Below the pieces are notes generated by a model. That model was given only the letters and a program-made list of their open reading frames with translations. It was not told where the DNA came from and did not search any database. A DNA stretch of 64,000 bases from Moniliella sp. 'wahieum'. Its lineage: Eukaryota. Position 1 is the first letter of the stretch. The number at the start of each line of letters is the position of its first letter. The position numbers were made by a program, and so were the translations under genes. The stretch lies in assembly GCA_003971905.1 (NCBI GenBank), contig RSEE01000027.1:124001-188000 (forward strand), read 5' to 3'. Positions 26,460 to 39,302 of the stretch are shown here, piece after piece.

Positions 26460-27365
26460 GGTCAACTGCTACCCTCGCCCAGCCGGCGTCGGCGTCCCTT
26501 CTCGCCCCTTCAGCCGTTCCTCCCACGCGCTTGCCTCCTCCTCGCTCTCGTCCCCATCCGCCTTGCCATCCAAATCCGAGCGGACCAGGTAGGCCAACGT
26601 CCGCCGTCCTTCCTCCCGGTCCTGCCCAGGCCCTGCCATCAGCGGCGTCCGTCCCCCCGCGCCGCCTCGGCCCAGCGTAATTGTGCCGCCGAGAGCGCGC
26701 GGAGGTGCGAAAGGGAGCGAGGCGAGATGGGCGTCCGGTCGTACAAGGGACTGCCCCGACGAGTCGACTGCAGATGCGTTGTAGGCGATTTGGGTGAGAA
26801 CACATCGTCTTCGTCTTCACTCTTCTGGCCGCCCCTCTATCCCTCCACCTCGCTCACCGTGCGCGGGGCAAGGAAGAAGCACCGTGGACAGCCACGGGGA
26901 TTCCTGTCAGGACGGGCACTGGGTGAACCAGGCGGCGCGAGGGGGAAAGCGTCCTGGCACGCTTCTCCTGGGCCCATCCGGCTCCAGGTCATGCTCTTCG
27001 CAAGCAGGGAAGGCCTGATCCCATGTACGTTCTTCCTTGGCCAGCACGCGTTGCAAGCGCCGAATGCTGGTGCATTTCGACGGAGCATCCGATGTGCGCT
27101 GGGCCGAGACGGATTGTGCGGCGCGGGCCACGGTGCGCTGCCGCCAGGGGGTCAGCGCTGCAGGGGGCGTGCAAGGCCGGGCCCCCTTAGAGTGGGTGTC
27201 GGTGCTAGGACACGTATCGAGGCCCGAGCCCAAGGCGAGCGCAGATGGCCGTCGTGCTGACCAAACGGGCGTGACGGGCGAGGAGCCGGCGCCGAGGATA
27301 CACGTAGCTGTTGACGTGGACCGGTCAGAGGGTGTGGAGAAGGTGAGATCGGAGGGCGTGGACAT
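26460..27365 (-). CDS. Hypothetical Ser/Thr/Pro-rich protein
   Basis: ATG 27365 after a C-rich leader (MSTPSDLTFSTPSDRS...), continuing through an acidic EEDEDEDDVFSPKSP segment in another frame; no family recognised. Confidence 0.4.
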
Positions 27366-27775
27366 GGACGTAGGCGTGGGCGCTGGGGGAGGGTGGTTGA
27401 GCGGCGCGCGGAACGGGTGGGGGCCATGGGTAGGGTAAATGCGGCGGCGCTGGGGGACGGGTGGTTGGTGGAGGAGCGGGGCATGAAGAGGCAGAGGAGG
27501 AGGGCAAAAAATACGCGCTGGCTTAAGCTGCTGATTAGCGCCGACGCCCAGCACTGCGGGAACGCGTCACGCGTCACGTCGGTCCCAGCGGGCCTTTGAG
27601 CACTTTGAGTGGGGCAGCGCACTGCAGCACTCTGCACGCCCACCGCGCGGACCAGCCGATCCCACTGCCCCCCTTAACCCAGCAGTAGAGTGGCCCAGTG
27701 GCTGCCCTGTGCGCCCGCGGATGGGGGCAGTGTCCAGCGCAGCCAAAGCACTTGTTACAAAGTGCACAAAAAGAA

Positions 27776-27847
27776 TGGACGAACAGGGAATTGAACCCCG
27801 GACCTCATGCATGCTAAGCAAGCGCTCTACCCCTGAGCTATCCGCCC
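27776..27847 (-). tRNA. tRNA-Ala (anticodon AGC)
   Basis: Reverse complement GGGCGGATAGCTCAGGGGTAGAGCGCTTGCTTAGCATGCATGAGGTCCGGGGTTCAATTCCCTGTTCGTCCA folds as a cloverleaf with the G3:U70 Ala identity pair; T-run terminator immediately downstream; one U-U mismatch in the anticodon stem. Confidence 0.95.
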
Positions 27848-28389
27848 GCTTGTTGCAGCTCGTCGAAGCGTGGTTGCCCTGTGCTTACTGTGGCCTGCAG
27901 CGGGAAGCACCATCCCTTGTATATGAGCAAAGCATGCTCGTCTTCATACCGCCGCCCGTGGCGCAAATGGACAAAGAGGACGCAGGGCGGCCGCGTTGCT
28001 GTGGCCATGGCCAAGGCCTACAGAGCGTCTAACAGACCACCAGGGGGGTCCGGCCCCCGCCGGCTGGGGGTGTGGGTGTGGGCTGTCGACTCACAAGTAG
28101 CCCCGCAGCGCATGCGTTGGCCCCATGCGAAGAGAAGGAGAGGTGGGAGTCCCCATGCGCTCCAGCCGGGCCGCCGCTTCGTTGGCGTCGGAGCTCGAGC
28201 CAGCAACCAGGAGCTTAGCTTTCCCCTTCGCGTCCACCACGCGCCCCCGCCGGGCGCCGGCGAGCAGGCTGCGGCGGGGTTCAAATTTTAGATTAGCAAG
28301 CCCGCCGGGTGCCACGTAGGCGGCCGACGCGGAGCCACTTTCGTCGCCATCTTCTTCGGTGTCTCTTCCACCATCCTGTCCTGGCCGCC

Positions 28390-30856
28390 ATGAGCTCCTC
28401 CGTGGCCTCGGGCGTAGAGCCGTCTGCGCCCAGCCGGGATGCGTTGCGATCACGTGCAAACGCGCCTGCCGCCCCGTCCCCACCGGCTCCCCCCGCCGCC
28501 TCCTCTGCCACCCCGGCTGCTCCCGTACCCCGCGCCAACGGCATGCCCCCCCCGTCGTCCCGCCTGCCCTGGCCCCGGCCGAGGAGGCGGCCACCCGCTA
28601 CGCGCCCGTCTCCCCTGCCATCTACCGCAACCGCACCGATGTCCCCGCCATGCTTTTCCTCTTGGCGGCGCCTTTGCCTTGCGTTTTTACCAGATCCATC
28701 ACCCGGCCGAGGTGGTGTTTGACGAGGTCCACTTTGGCAAATTTGCCGCATACTATCTCCGCCGCGAGTACTTTTTTGACGTCACCCGCCTCTGGCCAAG
28801 CTGATCAATGCTGCTGTTGCCTGGCTTGCTGGGTTTGACGGCAAGTTTGAGTTTGACGACATTGGAGACAAGTATGTTGAGCACAACGTGCCCTATGTGC
28901 GCATGCGTGCGGGTCCCGCCTTTCTCGGATCGCTGCTCGTTCCCCTTGCGTACGCCATCATGCGCGAGTCGGGCTATGGACAGGTGATTGCCACCTTCAC
29001 CGCCTGCCTTGTGTTGTTTGAGAATGGGCATATCGTACAAGACCGCCTCATCCTCCTCGATGCGGCGCTGGTGCTATTCATGACAACCTCCATCTACGGT
29101 ACATCAAGTTCTACAAGGAGCGCTACAATGAGTTCTCGGCGCGCTGGTGGTTCTGGATGTTTGTTACGGGCGCCAACCTGGCGCTGACCATGTCGTGCAA
29201 AATGGTGGGGCTGCTGACGATCTTCAGTGGTACGGCGGTGGTGTGGGACCTGTGGAACTTGCTCGATTACCGCCGAGGCAAGAGTATGGTACGTCCTCCC
29301 CGTCATCTCACTCTGCTAGTCTTCCGCTGACGATCCTCCAGACCGACTTTGCCAAACACTTTGCTGCGCGTGCTCTCGGCCTCATCCTCTGGCCGGCGGT
29401 GGTCTACATCTTTTGGTTCTGGGTCCACTTTGCCATCCTGACCCGCAGCGGAACGGGGGACGCATTCATGTCTCCGAATTCCAAGAGACGCTGGAAGGCA
29501 ATCCGCTGCTGGCGGATGCGCGCGAAATTCACTACGGGGACCGGATTGTACTGCAAGACAAGGGAACCGAGGCCTTCTTGCATTCGCATTGGGACACTTA
29601 CCCGCTTCGGTACGACGATGGCCGGGTCAGCTCCCAAGGCCAGCAAGTAACTGCCTATCCCTTTAATGATACCAACAACATTTGGGAAGTGGTGCCAACC
29701 AAGTCGCTTCCAGACGGATACAGCGGGGAGGAGGCCGTGGTACGCAACAAGGATATTGTGCGTTTGTTGCATGTCAACACCGAGTCGGTCCTCATGAGCC
29801 ATGATGTTGCTGCCCCGCTCATCCCGACCAACGAGGAATTCACGACCTGGCCCTGGAACGATACCAGCCGCTACAATGACACCCTCTTTGAGTTGCACAT
29901 TGACGGGGCGGGGAAAGATACGGGGGTGGCGTGGAAGTCCAAGGCGTCGAATGTACACTTGGTTCATGTTCCAACGCGCGTCCCTCTGGACGCACGATGA
30001 CGAACTCCTGCCCGAGTGGGGGTTCAAACACCAAGAGGTGAACGGCAACAAGAACGTGTTTGACAAGTCGGCGCTGTGGGTGGTGGATGAGTTGTATCCC
30101 GACGAGTCGGCGGACGATTACGAGGAGCGGATCAAGCCCATGCCACCCAAGCAGGTGACCAAGATGAACTTTTTCAAGAAATGGGCCGAACTGCAGCTGA
30201 CCATGCTCCACCAAAACAACCTGCTTACCTCGTCCCATCCGTATGCCTCGGGTCCCCTCAACTGGCCCTTCCTCATCTCGGGCATCTCCTTTTGGACCAA
30301 CGGGGATCAGCAAGAGCAAATCTATATGATTGGCAATCCGGTTTCGTGGTACATTGGCACTCTCTCCCTAAGTATGTTTGTCGGCATCATCCTCGCAGAT
30401 GCTCTGGCTCGCCAGCGGGGGATCTACCCCATCCCTTCTGCCATCCGAGGCCGGCTGTCGTCGGGAGGATTCTGTTTGTCGCCTGGCTTTGGCACTACTT
30501 GCCCTTTTACCTCATGAACCGCCAACTTTTCCTCCACCATTATCTCCCCGCCAACATCCTTGCCTGCCTCATGGCCGGCACAGTCGTCAACTTTGTCCTG
30601 ACCGAGTCGATCAACTTCCCCATTTCGCCCGGGACCCGGCTTGCGCGATGGCTTGCTCACCTACACTCGCCGTGCCCGGTTCAACTTGATTGACTCCACC
30701 TCCCTCTCGGTCCTGGTCGGCCTCTTGGCACTCGTGGTCGCTGGGTTCTGGTGGATCGCGCCGCTCACCTATGGCTGGCCTTTGACCGCAGAACAAGTCA
30801 AACAGCACCAGCTCTTGGCCACCTGGACCTTGCACTTTATCAAGCCTTCCGCCTGA
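28390..30856 (+). CDS. PMT4: Dolichyl-phosphate-mannose:protein O-mannosyltransferase, PMT4 subfamily
   Basis: VVFDEVHFGKFAAYYLRREYFFDV, RLILLDA, MIR domains (FLHSHWDTYPLRYDDGRVSSQGQQVTAY), HPYASGPLNWPFL, RQLFLHHYLPA; intron about 29289-29341. Confidence 0.93.
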
Positions 30857-32248
30857 TCTAGCCTCAGTGCTGTCATGACGAAAGATGCAGGAGGGTGGCG
30901 TGCTTGTTTGGCTTGGTTGTCTCTCCCCTCTCTCCGTTCTACCTTCCTTTTCTCCTCTCATTTCACGCCCCTATCTCTCCTTCTGCTCCCTTCTTCCCAT
31001 CAGCAGCCGGTCCAAAACCCTCTTTGCATTCTTCGTATCCGAGCTGGTGGCCACAACGGCCGCCGATGACCTCTGTCAGATGCCCGGACCTCCCTGCCGC
31101 AAAGGTCAGACCGTAGTGAAATAGAAGTCGCATTTTCCCAGCCCCCCCCCCCTTGCTCTGGGACAACCGTCATCGAATGCGCCATGTTTCGCCGCATCTT
31201 CCAAGTCTGGAGAATAGCGGGCGTATCGCTCGTGCCGTACGCTTTCGATATTTTTTCCCTCTCGAGCGTGGAAAGCCAAAAAAGCAGGACAAGACCCGTT
31301 CCATCATCAGCTCTGTTGGCATTATAGTCATGACCGTGTTTCTTGGGCACACTAGGTCCGTTTGGTTGAACGTCATGTTGCCCTCTGTACTAAATGACAC
31401 TCCTCTCCATCTGCAGATTCCCATCCTATTCCTCTCCTCTCCCCGCTTTACCTCCTAGTCTCACCTCTCGTATCATCAAGGCATGAGAAATACCTCTTCG
31501 AACTGGCTGCCAACACCCCCAAGCATCATCATATATAACAGAAGTATGACTACGGAGGAGAAGAAGCACCCATCGGCGGACAGCCTTGTCTCGAAGCGCT
31601 TCATCCCAGTCTCATATATATGACGGTCGAAAAAGTGTCTGGGGTACCGCCCCTCAAAGTAAAGCGAAGCACGCGGTGTCCATGTCTCCCCAACACCTTC
31701 ACAGCTGGGCGTCCAGTCTTCTGTACTATTGTTGGCCAACAAACATCATCCTTGCTCCGTACCTCGTCCCATTTTCTTCGCAGGCTGGGCGGAACCTGAT
31801 CATGTTTTTACAGAGGCCCAACCGGAACCCACACGCCCTACAGCCACTGGTATCTCTCAAGACGGGGAAAGACGGTGGGTTCCAATGTGACGGCGAAGTG
31901 TGGTGCTGTTAATTCAGTTGGGACGATGAGTGCCGTTTGAGCGTCCGTGTTGGGAGGTATGGTGGTATCTTGATCCGGAGCGAAAAACGAGAGCTGTATT
32001 TTGCTTCGGGTCTCTCGACTCTTGGGCCAAGGAATGCGATGTGGGGCAAACGGGGACGTCGAGTGCTATACAGGGGGGTTACTATTCCACATGTCTTTAT
32101 GTAGACCGGGTGGGACCATCTGGATAGTCGTTTTCTACTGGGATGGAGTTTCCGGCAGGTGCCGAGAATACGAGGAAACAGGATGATAGTCAGACCGTAA
32201 AACAGAATATTAGAAGGGAGATTGGAGAAATAGGAATGAAAACACAAA

Positions 32249-32328
32249 GGACGGCTGGCGCAATGGTAGCGCGTCTGACTACGACTGGTTGTAATCAGGA
32301 GGTTGCAGGTTCGACCCTGCGTCGTTCG
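32249..32328 (+). tRNA. tRNA-Arg (anticodon ACG) with 9-nt intron 32285-32293
   Basis: GGACGGC-TG-GCGCAATGGTAGCGC-G-TCTGA-CTACGA[CTGGTTGTA]A-TCAGG-AGGTT-GCAGG-TTCGAC-CCTGC-GTCGTTC-G; canonical 37/38 intron position; T-loop one base short (likely homopolymer error); T-run terminator about 32348-32356. Confidence 0.9.
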
Positions 32329-32563
32329 ACCCGACAGGGCGTCCTTCTTTTTTTTTACTCGGGTTATGTGGCCGCACTCTATGACCACACCTGTCCTCCT
32401 TGTCTTTTGCTGTTTGGTCGACGATGATCAGGAGGAACGCCTCCAAGGGCTCATCAACTAAATACGGACGTAAGAACCTGGGGATTCGAGGAACCCTCCA
32501 CCTGGGGTTGAAGAGGATGCCATTAGAGTGTTTGCCCCCGTACAAAAGGAGGCCGACAGTTGC

Positions 32564-35500
32564 TCAAAATACATTTTGGGCTCGAATTGATCCAGCTTCT
32601 TGTGGATCTCGCTGGGGGTGCGGTCAAGCTCCTCAGCAATAGCCGCTTGGCGGTCGGGCGGCAGCAGAGCAAAGGCCTCGCACAAGTCCCCATCAATAAC
32701 CGACTTCACTGGCGCATACATCGACCGGAAAGACATGTGGTCCCGCGCCAACGGGTTCAGTATGCCTCCTTCGGCGCGGAGGTGCATCTCGAGCGTTGAG
32801 AGCAAGTCAGCATCCTTTACTGGCAAAGGGGATTAGCGCTCCAATTGAGCCGCCCAAGCACGTGTAGACAAGCACCGAACGACCCCTGGTGAAACGGGGG
32901 CCAAGGTTAACGGTGACGGCATCCCCAGATAATAGTGAGCCACCAGCTCACTCCGGTAAGGAGCACCTTGGAGATACGGTTCTCATGCACAATCGTGAGT
33001 CCTGTGGGGTCCTCGTCAACCGTGTTGGACTGAGGCCGGCAAGCGAGAGAGCCAAACGTTGCCAAACTTGTCCCCGCCAGCGACGGTATCGTAATCGACC
33101 ATAGCCAGGGCCGAAGTCCAACGGGGGAGGGTATCCTCAGCAAAGATGACAGGCGATTGTCAACCGCCTTGTACGCGACCCAAACGATGGACTCTTGTTG
33201 GTCGCCCACGACGATGCGCGATCCATAAGAATCGAGCGAGACAATGGCCCAGGGCAAGCGCCGGTTCTCAACTTTGCGGAGCAACTTCTTTTTGCCCAGT
33301 TCATAGATCCTCAAGATTTTGCCCATCCCCGCCAGCAATCGGCCTTGGAATGGCTTGGGCCGTTGGGATCTCATCCACCTCTGTTCGATGCACCAGGGTC
33401 AATCCCTTGCCGTCGGGCGAGACGAGGTAAGTGGTCAAGAAGCATGCCCGCGCCGACCGAGGAATAACGTGCATGTCCACCGCCGAGCCTACCACCACAT
33501 ACACTGCAGTGGGATCCGGAGCCGAGGCAAATTGGATCGTCGTGATCGCCAAAGCGGCCTCGTTGTGCTCCAACACCTTATTCACTAGTGCTCCCACTGA
33601 CGGATCCACCACTGCGATCTGGGAAGCCCATTGACCCGCTTCGGCCCGAACCGGACCAAACTGGTCGGCCGGAAGGGCTAATGCAGCCATCTCCTCGTCC
33701 CCGAGCGGGCCTAGAATGGCTGGGCGGGCCTCAATCCTCTTTTCTGAGCCCAAGGGGACAGTACCCGATGGTCGGCACACGAGAGGTAAAAGACCGACTG
33801 AGACGGGTGCTGAGTCAAACGCCGGGGGGTTCCGGTCAAGGGAATCGTGTCGGCTTTGACCTGGTTACCCAGTTGGGGGATGCTGAGGATCCGAAGGGTC
33901 CCCCCACCACGCCAACCAGGCCGTCGGGATAGAGTTCAGCGTGGAACGACCAGACATGGTCCAGTGCATCGTAGAGCAGGGGAGAGAAGTAACCCCGACC
34001 TTGATATGTGTAGCTGATCCATGGCCTAGACGAAAGAGCCATGACGGCCGTTCGCCATGGACCGAAATGCGGACCAACGTCACTGGCTTACCCCCCAAGA
34101 AGCGCGTCCGCGATCTGTCAGCTGTCCCGACAGCACGTCCAAAACCGTCCGCAACAACACCCCGTTTGCAGAATGTTGACAAAAACGTCGCTCCGTCCGG
34201 TTCACCGCCGTGTCGTGCATCTCCGCAATCACAATGCTGGAGGGCGGCGCGGTGAGAGCTTGCATCGACATGCGTTCCAATGTCGAGGCCGGGTCCAAGC
34301 TGTAAGGCGCACGTCTGGTCCGCACATCCCACCGCCAGTACGGTGTCCGCAACCGTCCGGGCGGAATGGGACCCACTGAAAGGGTGAGCACGTGAGCGCC
34401 CATGGGAAACCCGCTCTTGGTATTCGTTTAGCTGCCGTCTGGTCCAGCTCAAAGTAAATGATCTCGGTCGTGCTAAGTGCGATGACAACTTGGCGCTCGT
34501 TGGTCGTCGCAGCGACAATGTAAGTTGGTTCCCCGCCCGGTGTGTGGTCATTCGGTCAAGCTCTTGTCCGCTTGGATGTGTCGAATGCCACGGGTGGACT
34601 TGAAGCAGTGCCGACTCGCCCATTTGCTGTACGGCCAGTGTCGGTTCGGATGCCAAAAAGCCCGCGTCGTCACCTCGTTGATCGAATCGCCAACGAGAGA
34701 GGACAATGGTGACATTGAGGAAGCTGAGCACAATGTACGAATCAAAACTCGTCCCTCGACGCAGCTTAGTGGACCACACATGCGACGGGTTGCTGGCAGG
34801 TGGAGGCAACCGATTCTCGACTTCGAGCCCAGGGCGAAGCATTTGGAAACTGCTCCGTGGCCCTGCACCTGACGCGACAAAAATTTGTGCAGAGTCCTGT
34901 GCCAGCGCATTGCTGGCCACCCCGTCCACATCGGATTGAGGGCGGGTAGCTCGTCGACCCAGAATAGGTTGTCTAGTTTTGTGGCACAAACTCGGGTACA
35001 GGCGGGGGCACGTCGGTCATGCCAAACCCTTCATAATCGGTCGAGACGTATTCGGGCATATCATCATCATCGCCTAGCTTTTGGAAGGTATACAGCATCG
35101 AGGGCCCCGACTCGCAAGCGACAAACAGGAAGCCGAGGCGGAAGATGGCCAAAGAGCTGGCAACGGAACGGTCTCAAAGTACTTGATCCGAAGCGAGACA
35201 AGCTGTTCGTTCTCGTGATCGATTGTAATCTTGAACAGATCTCCATCTTCATTTTGGACCAAAATGAAAAGGCCGCTTTGAGTCGGTGGCATACGCTGGC
35301 GACGATCAAGTTGCCCCTCCTGTGCTCTTTGGGCTGGAGCGGATTGGAACGGCGCGGAATGGGCACCCGATGGGATTCTACACCCTGGTGTCGATAGGTA
35401 ATGTAGTCTTCACTGCAGACCAATACACCGCTGGGGCCTTCCCAGCGGTTGGTTGTCTCGTTGTACCCACCGGGCACTTGGATTAGCATGTTGGATCTTG

Positions 35501-36275
35501 GATCCACCGGGGTAGACCATTTCCGTACCACATGATTCAGGCTGAAATCCATCTCGTAGTACACCAAGAGCTGTCACCAGAAAGTAACCAGCGGTTTCGT
35601 CAGTAAAAAGAAAGAAAAAAAACACACGCACCACGCTCGAGCGAGCCCAAGAGGACATACCTTTGGTGTTTGGTCGAACACCTCCCCCGTTGGATCGCGG
35701 TCCGCCTCCTCGTAGTCCACCTCGAGCGCTGCAAAGATCGCATTTTCGTACCCCACATCCAATGCGCAAATGGTGGTGATGATCGCATGCGGACGCTGGG
35801 CCTCCAGTGGAGGAGATGGTAAGTTTGGCCTGCGAGTCGCGGTTCAGCACATAGACCAGCTTGGACTTTTCCACAGCTGCCAGCATCACCGCTCTGCCCT
35901 TGGGGTCCACTGCGACATACTGGCCGGGTACGACGCGGCGGGAGCCGGTGCGACCAAAGGCGTGCCAGTGGACCTGGATGAACAGATTGCGCGCCGGCTC
36001 GTACTCGAGGATCACGACGCCTCCTGATCGGACCCAACGACAAGGTAGTCTTTGTTCCGTCCTACCAGATGGAAGGCAGCGATGCTGCGGATGGTGGCGA
36101 ACGCGTTCTGCTCGCAGACAGTGACCAGCTTGCCCGTCTCCGTGTCGGGGCGGAGGAGCTGGAAACGGGTGCCGAGGGCCAGCACGATCTCCTGCGTACG
36201 CGTCCCGGAGAAGGAGCCGAGGGCGGTGCCATTGATGGCGGATGCCTTGGAGAGCGTCAAGGACAGCAAACGCAT
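32564..36275 (-). CDS. RSE1: Pre-mRNA splicing factor Rse1 / SF3B3 (SF3b130)
   Basis: N-terminus [92 protein letters not shown]-terminus [39 protein letters not shown]; intron about 35572-35660; many frameshifts. Confidence 0.95.
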
Positions 36276-36801
36276 GCGCAGACGGGCCAGCAACAAAGTG
36301 GTGGTGGCGATGGTGGGTCGACGCGAAGTTTTGGGCAGAGGCAGGCTGGATGGGTGAGTGGGCAACGGGTGATCTGTCTCTTCTAGCCTGGCCTCAGGGT
36401 CTCTGTGCGGCGATTCAATGTTCAAGCCCGCGGCACGTTTCAAGCTCCTGGCGGCAACTACTTTCAAATTGGCATGTCCACACCCCACTTCTATCCTGCT
36501 GGCTGTCTGTCCCCAAGTGTCTCGCCGCCTCGCTTTCGTCTCGACGTGCCCCACCCCGCCGTTTACGGCGGCAGAGGCAGGGATGCATTGCGTGCCCATA
36601 TATCAAGGCTGTGGGGAGGGGACAACAGGGCGGTGCTAGCGACAGGGTAGACAAAGAGAGTGGGTGGGAGGCCGATGTAGACGAGGCCAACAATGCAAGG
36701 GGGACAGGAGCGCGGTCGTCATGGCCGACGATCAAGGACAAACCGAACAGAACGAGACAACTGGATGGGGGGTAGGAAAGGCACCAGACAAGGGTGGTCA
36801 A

Positions 36802-38397
36802 CTATTGGCCCTTGCGTTCCTGGTCGCGCATCCGGATTTGGATCCGCTCGATCGCTAGCAGGCGCTCGGCGAGCGTGGGGTGGGAGTGGCGCATGGCCGA
36901 GTAAAGAGGGTCGTTGTGCATGGCCGACAGGTTCTGGGTGCCGAGTTTGATGAGTGCTTGCTTCAGCAGCTCAGCGTACCCCTTGGCGTGGGTGTGTGTC
37001 AACACACTCACCGCCTCCTTCGCAGGCACCCCTGCCGCCTCGGCCTGCTTTGTCGTCTCCTCAATCTCGCCCAGTGTCGGTGCAGGGCGGGAGGCATAGC
37101 AAGCAAACGCATCAGCCTGGTACTCAATCCTTCGCACGATTGCATTCAGCACAAACTCAATCACCGTGTCAAGCGGCGAGACGACAAGTTGGAACAGCTC
37201 CATACCCACAAGGACAGGGAGCACGTCCCCGGGCCCTGTGGGGAACCCAAAGGCATGGAAGAGGGCGTGGTTGTGGATAAAGAGCGCCAGAAGAACCATC
37301 TGGAACCAAATTTGCAGCTGGGCGACCAGCATCAGCTTGAGGTTATCCTTGTGAGCCCAGTGCCCCAGTTCATGCGCTAACACGGCCTCGACCTCGTCGG
37401 GTGTGGCCTTGTCAATTAGAGTGTCGTACAGCACAATGTGCTTGGGCCCGCCAGGGAGCATGCCGTAAAAGTAAGCGTTGCTGTGGGACGAGCGACGCGA
37501 ACCATCAATCACATACACGTGCTTCAGAGGAAATTGAAGCGAACCGCCAGAGCAAAGACTCGCTCCCGCAAAAGGCCATCCGGCAAGGGAGTGAGCTTGT
37601 TGAACAGAGGTTGGATCAACAGAGGATAGAGAACCTGGGCAATCAGGATCCAGACCAGCAAGAACGCAGCCACGTATGTCGCAAACGAATCACCAGCCCA
37701 GCGAATGATCCAAACAATCGCTGCGATAAAAGGGGAGCCAATCACAAAGCTCATTACCCAGGAGATCAGGGTATCCTTGACGTAGATGGCTGGCGTCAAC
37801 TTATTGAATCCGTGTCGTTCCTCAACAACAAAGTGGTAGTAAATGTCCAATGGCATGTCGGGAATTGTCTTGACGATGAACATAACCGACACGTAACGAT
37901 CGAGCGGACAATCTACACAAACGCAGCAGCACAGTAGCAGTCAATAACAGTGGGAATAGCAGCGTAACAAAACAACAGTTGCAGGAGTCGTCAGTGAAGG
38001 TGCCCAAGAGGCAGGCAAATATCGAGTCGACACGTACCTCCGAGTCCTGCATGAACCCGAGCCACGCCAGCATCTCACCAGCCACACGCCAGAGGGCGGC
38101 GAAGCCATTGGTGTAGATTAGCGCCAAGCTGGTCGGTATGCACGGCAGCTTTGACAAAGTTGAAGCGGGCCTTGTCACGACTGTAGGAGGAAGCTTTGCG
38201 GTACGTTTCCAAGTCCACATGGGCCGCCAGCGCGGCCGGGGGCGTAGGGTGGGAAAAGAGGCGGTACTGCCGCAGCCCAACGTACGTCTCGAAGGCCCAG
38301 ACGAGCAAGACGGTGGTGAGGATAACAGGTTTCCAAGGAACCGTATCGTCGTCTGCCCACCGTTCGGCATGATCCGTAAGGACTTGACCGCGTCCAT
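36802..38397 (-). CDS. STE24: CAAX prenyl protease Ste24 (peptidase M48A)
   Basis: FETYVGLRQY, YYHFVVEERHGFNKLT, IQPLFNKLTPLPDG, YVIDGSRRSSHSNAYFYG, IVLYDTLI, VLAHELGHW (HExxH), EYQADAFA, HSHPTLAERL; intron about 37916-38037. Confidence 0.95.
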
Positions 38398-39302
38398 GAT
38401 AGGGAAGCGTGGTGGTAGTGGGTGGGGATTGGGAAGGAAGCCCTCACTCGGTCCTTCCGCATTCCCGCATTTTTGGCGTGCGGAGCGGCGCGCGTTGAAA
38501 CAAATAATTTCCCAAGCCATCCGCCAGCAGCACAGCAACCAGCAGGCCAAGCATTATAATATGCTGCTGGCGTCGATCGGTAGAGGAGCTATTCTCAAGC
38601 CACCCCCACGCCGCTGTCCCCAACCAACGTAATCCGCTCAGCATGGCCGTGTGTCTCTGGGCGTTGGGAGCCGGCCGGAAGAGGCCGGGAGGAGGTCGGA
38701 GAATGCTCGGCCTCTCCCACTCTCGGCTAGCGGCTACGGTGGGTTTGCGGGCGTCATGCATCAGCCGGCATATAACAGGCACTACTCAGAGCCACACGCC
38801 GCGGTGCAAAAATGCGTCCGCATTCCAACCCATTCCCACCACATGCTACAACGCCTAGCAGCAAGCCAGTGACGAGTTGTCTAGCTCCATTGTGATCTGC
38901 CCCTCATACCCTACTTGATGTTCTTTCCCACACGACCGACCGGTGCGGGTACCTCTTTTGCCGACTTAAACCGGGGTGGTGGTGGGCAGGGGCTGTATCT
39001 GAGAAACACAAACAAAAGAAGCATGCAGTTCAAGTGCCCGCCAAAAGCCGATCCGAGAGCGGTCGCAGTCGGCGGTGCAGATGGCGTCGATGGTCGCCGG
39101 TTGCTGGTCGCCGGTTGCTGGTCGCTGGCGTCGAGACGAAGGCGTGAAGCCGGGCAGCAGCACGGTGCTGGACTGGGGTTGAACATTTCATGCAGCGCCC
39201 CTGGCGGTGCTGGCTGGCCAGGCGGCCCCCACGCGCTGCTAACATGTAACACCTACTCCTGGCGACAACTCCAGCAACAGCAACACCAGGTGCGCCGCCC
39301 GC

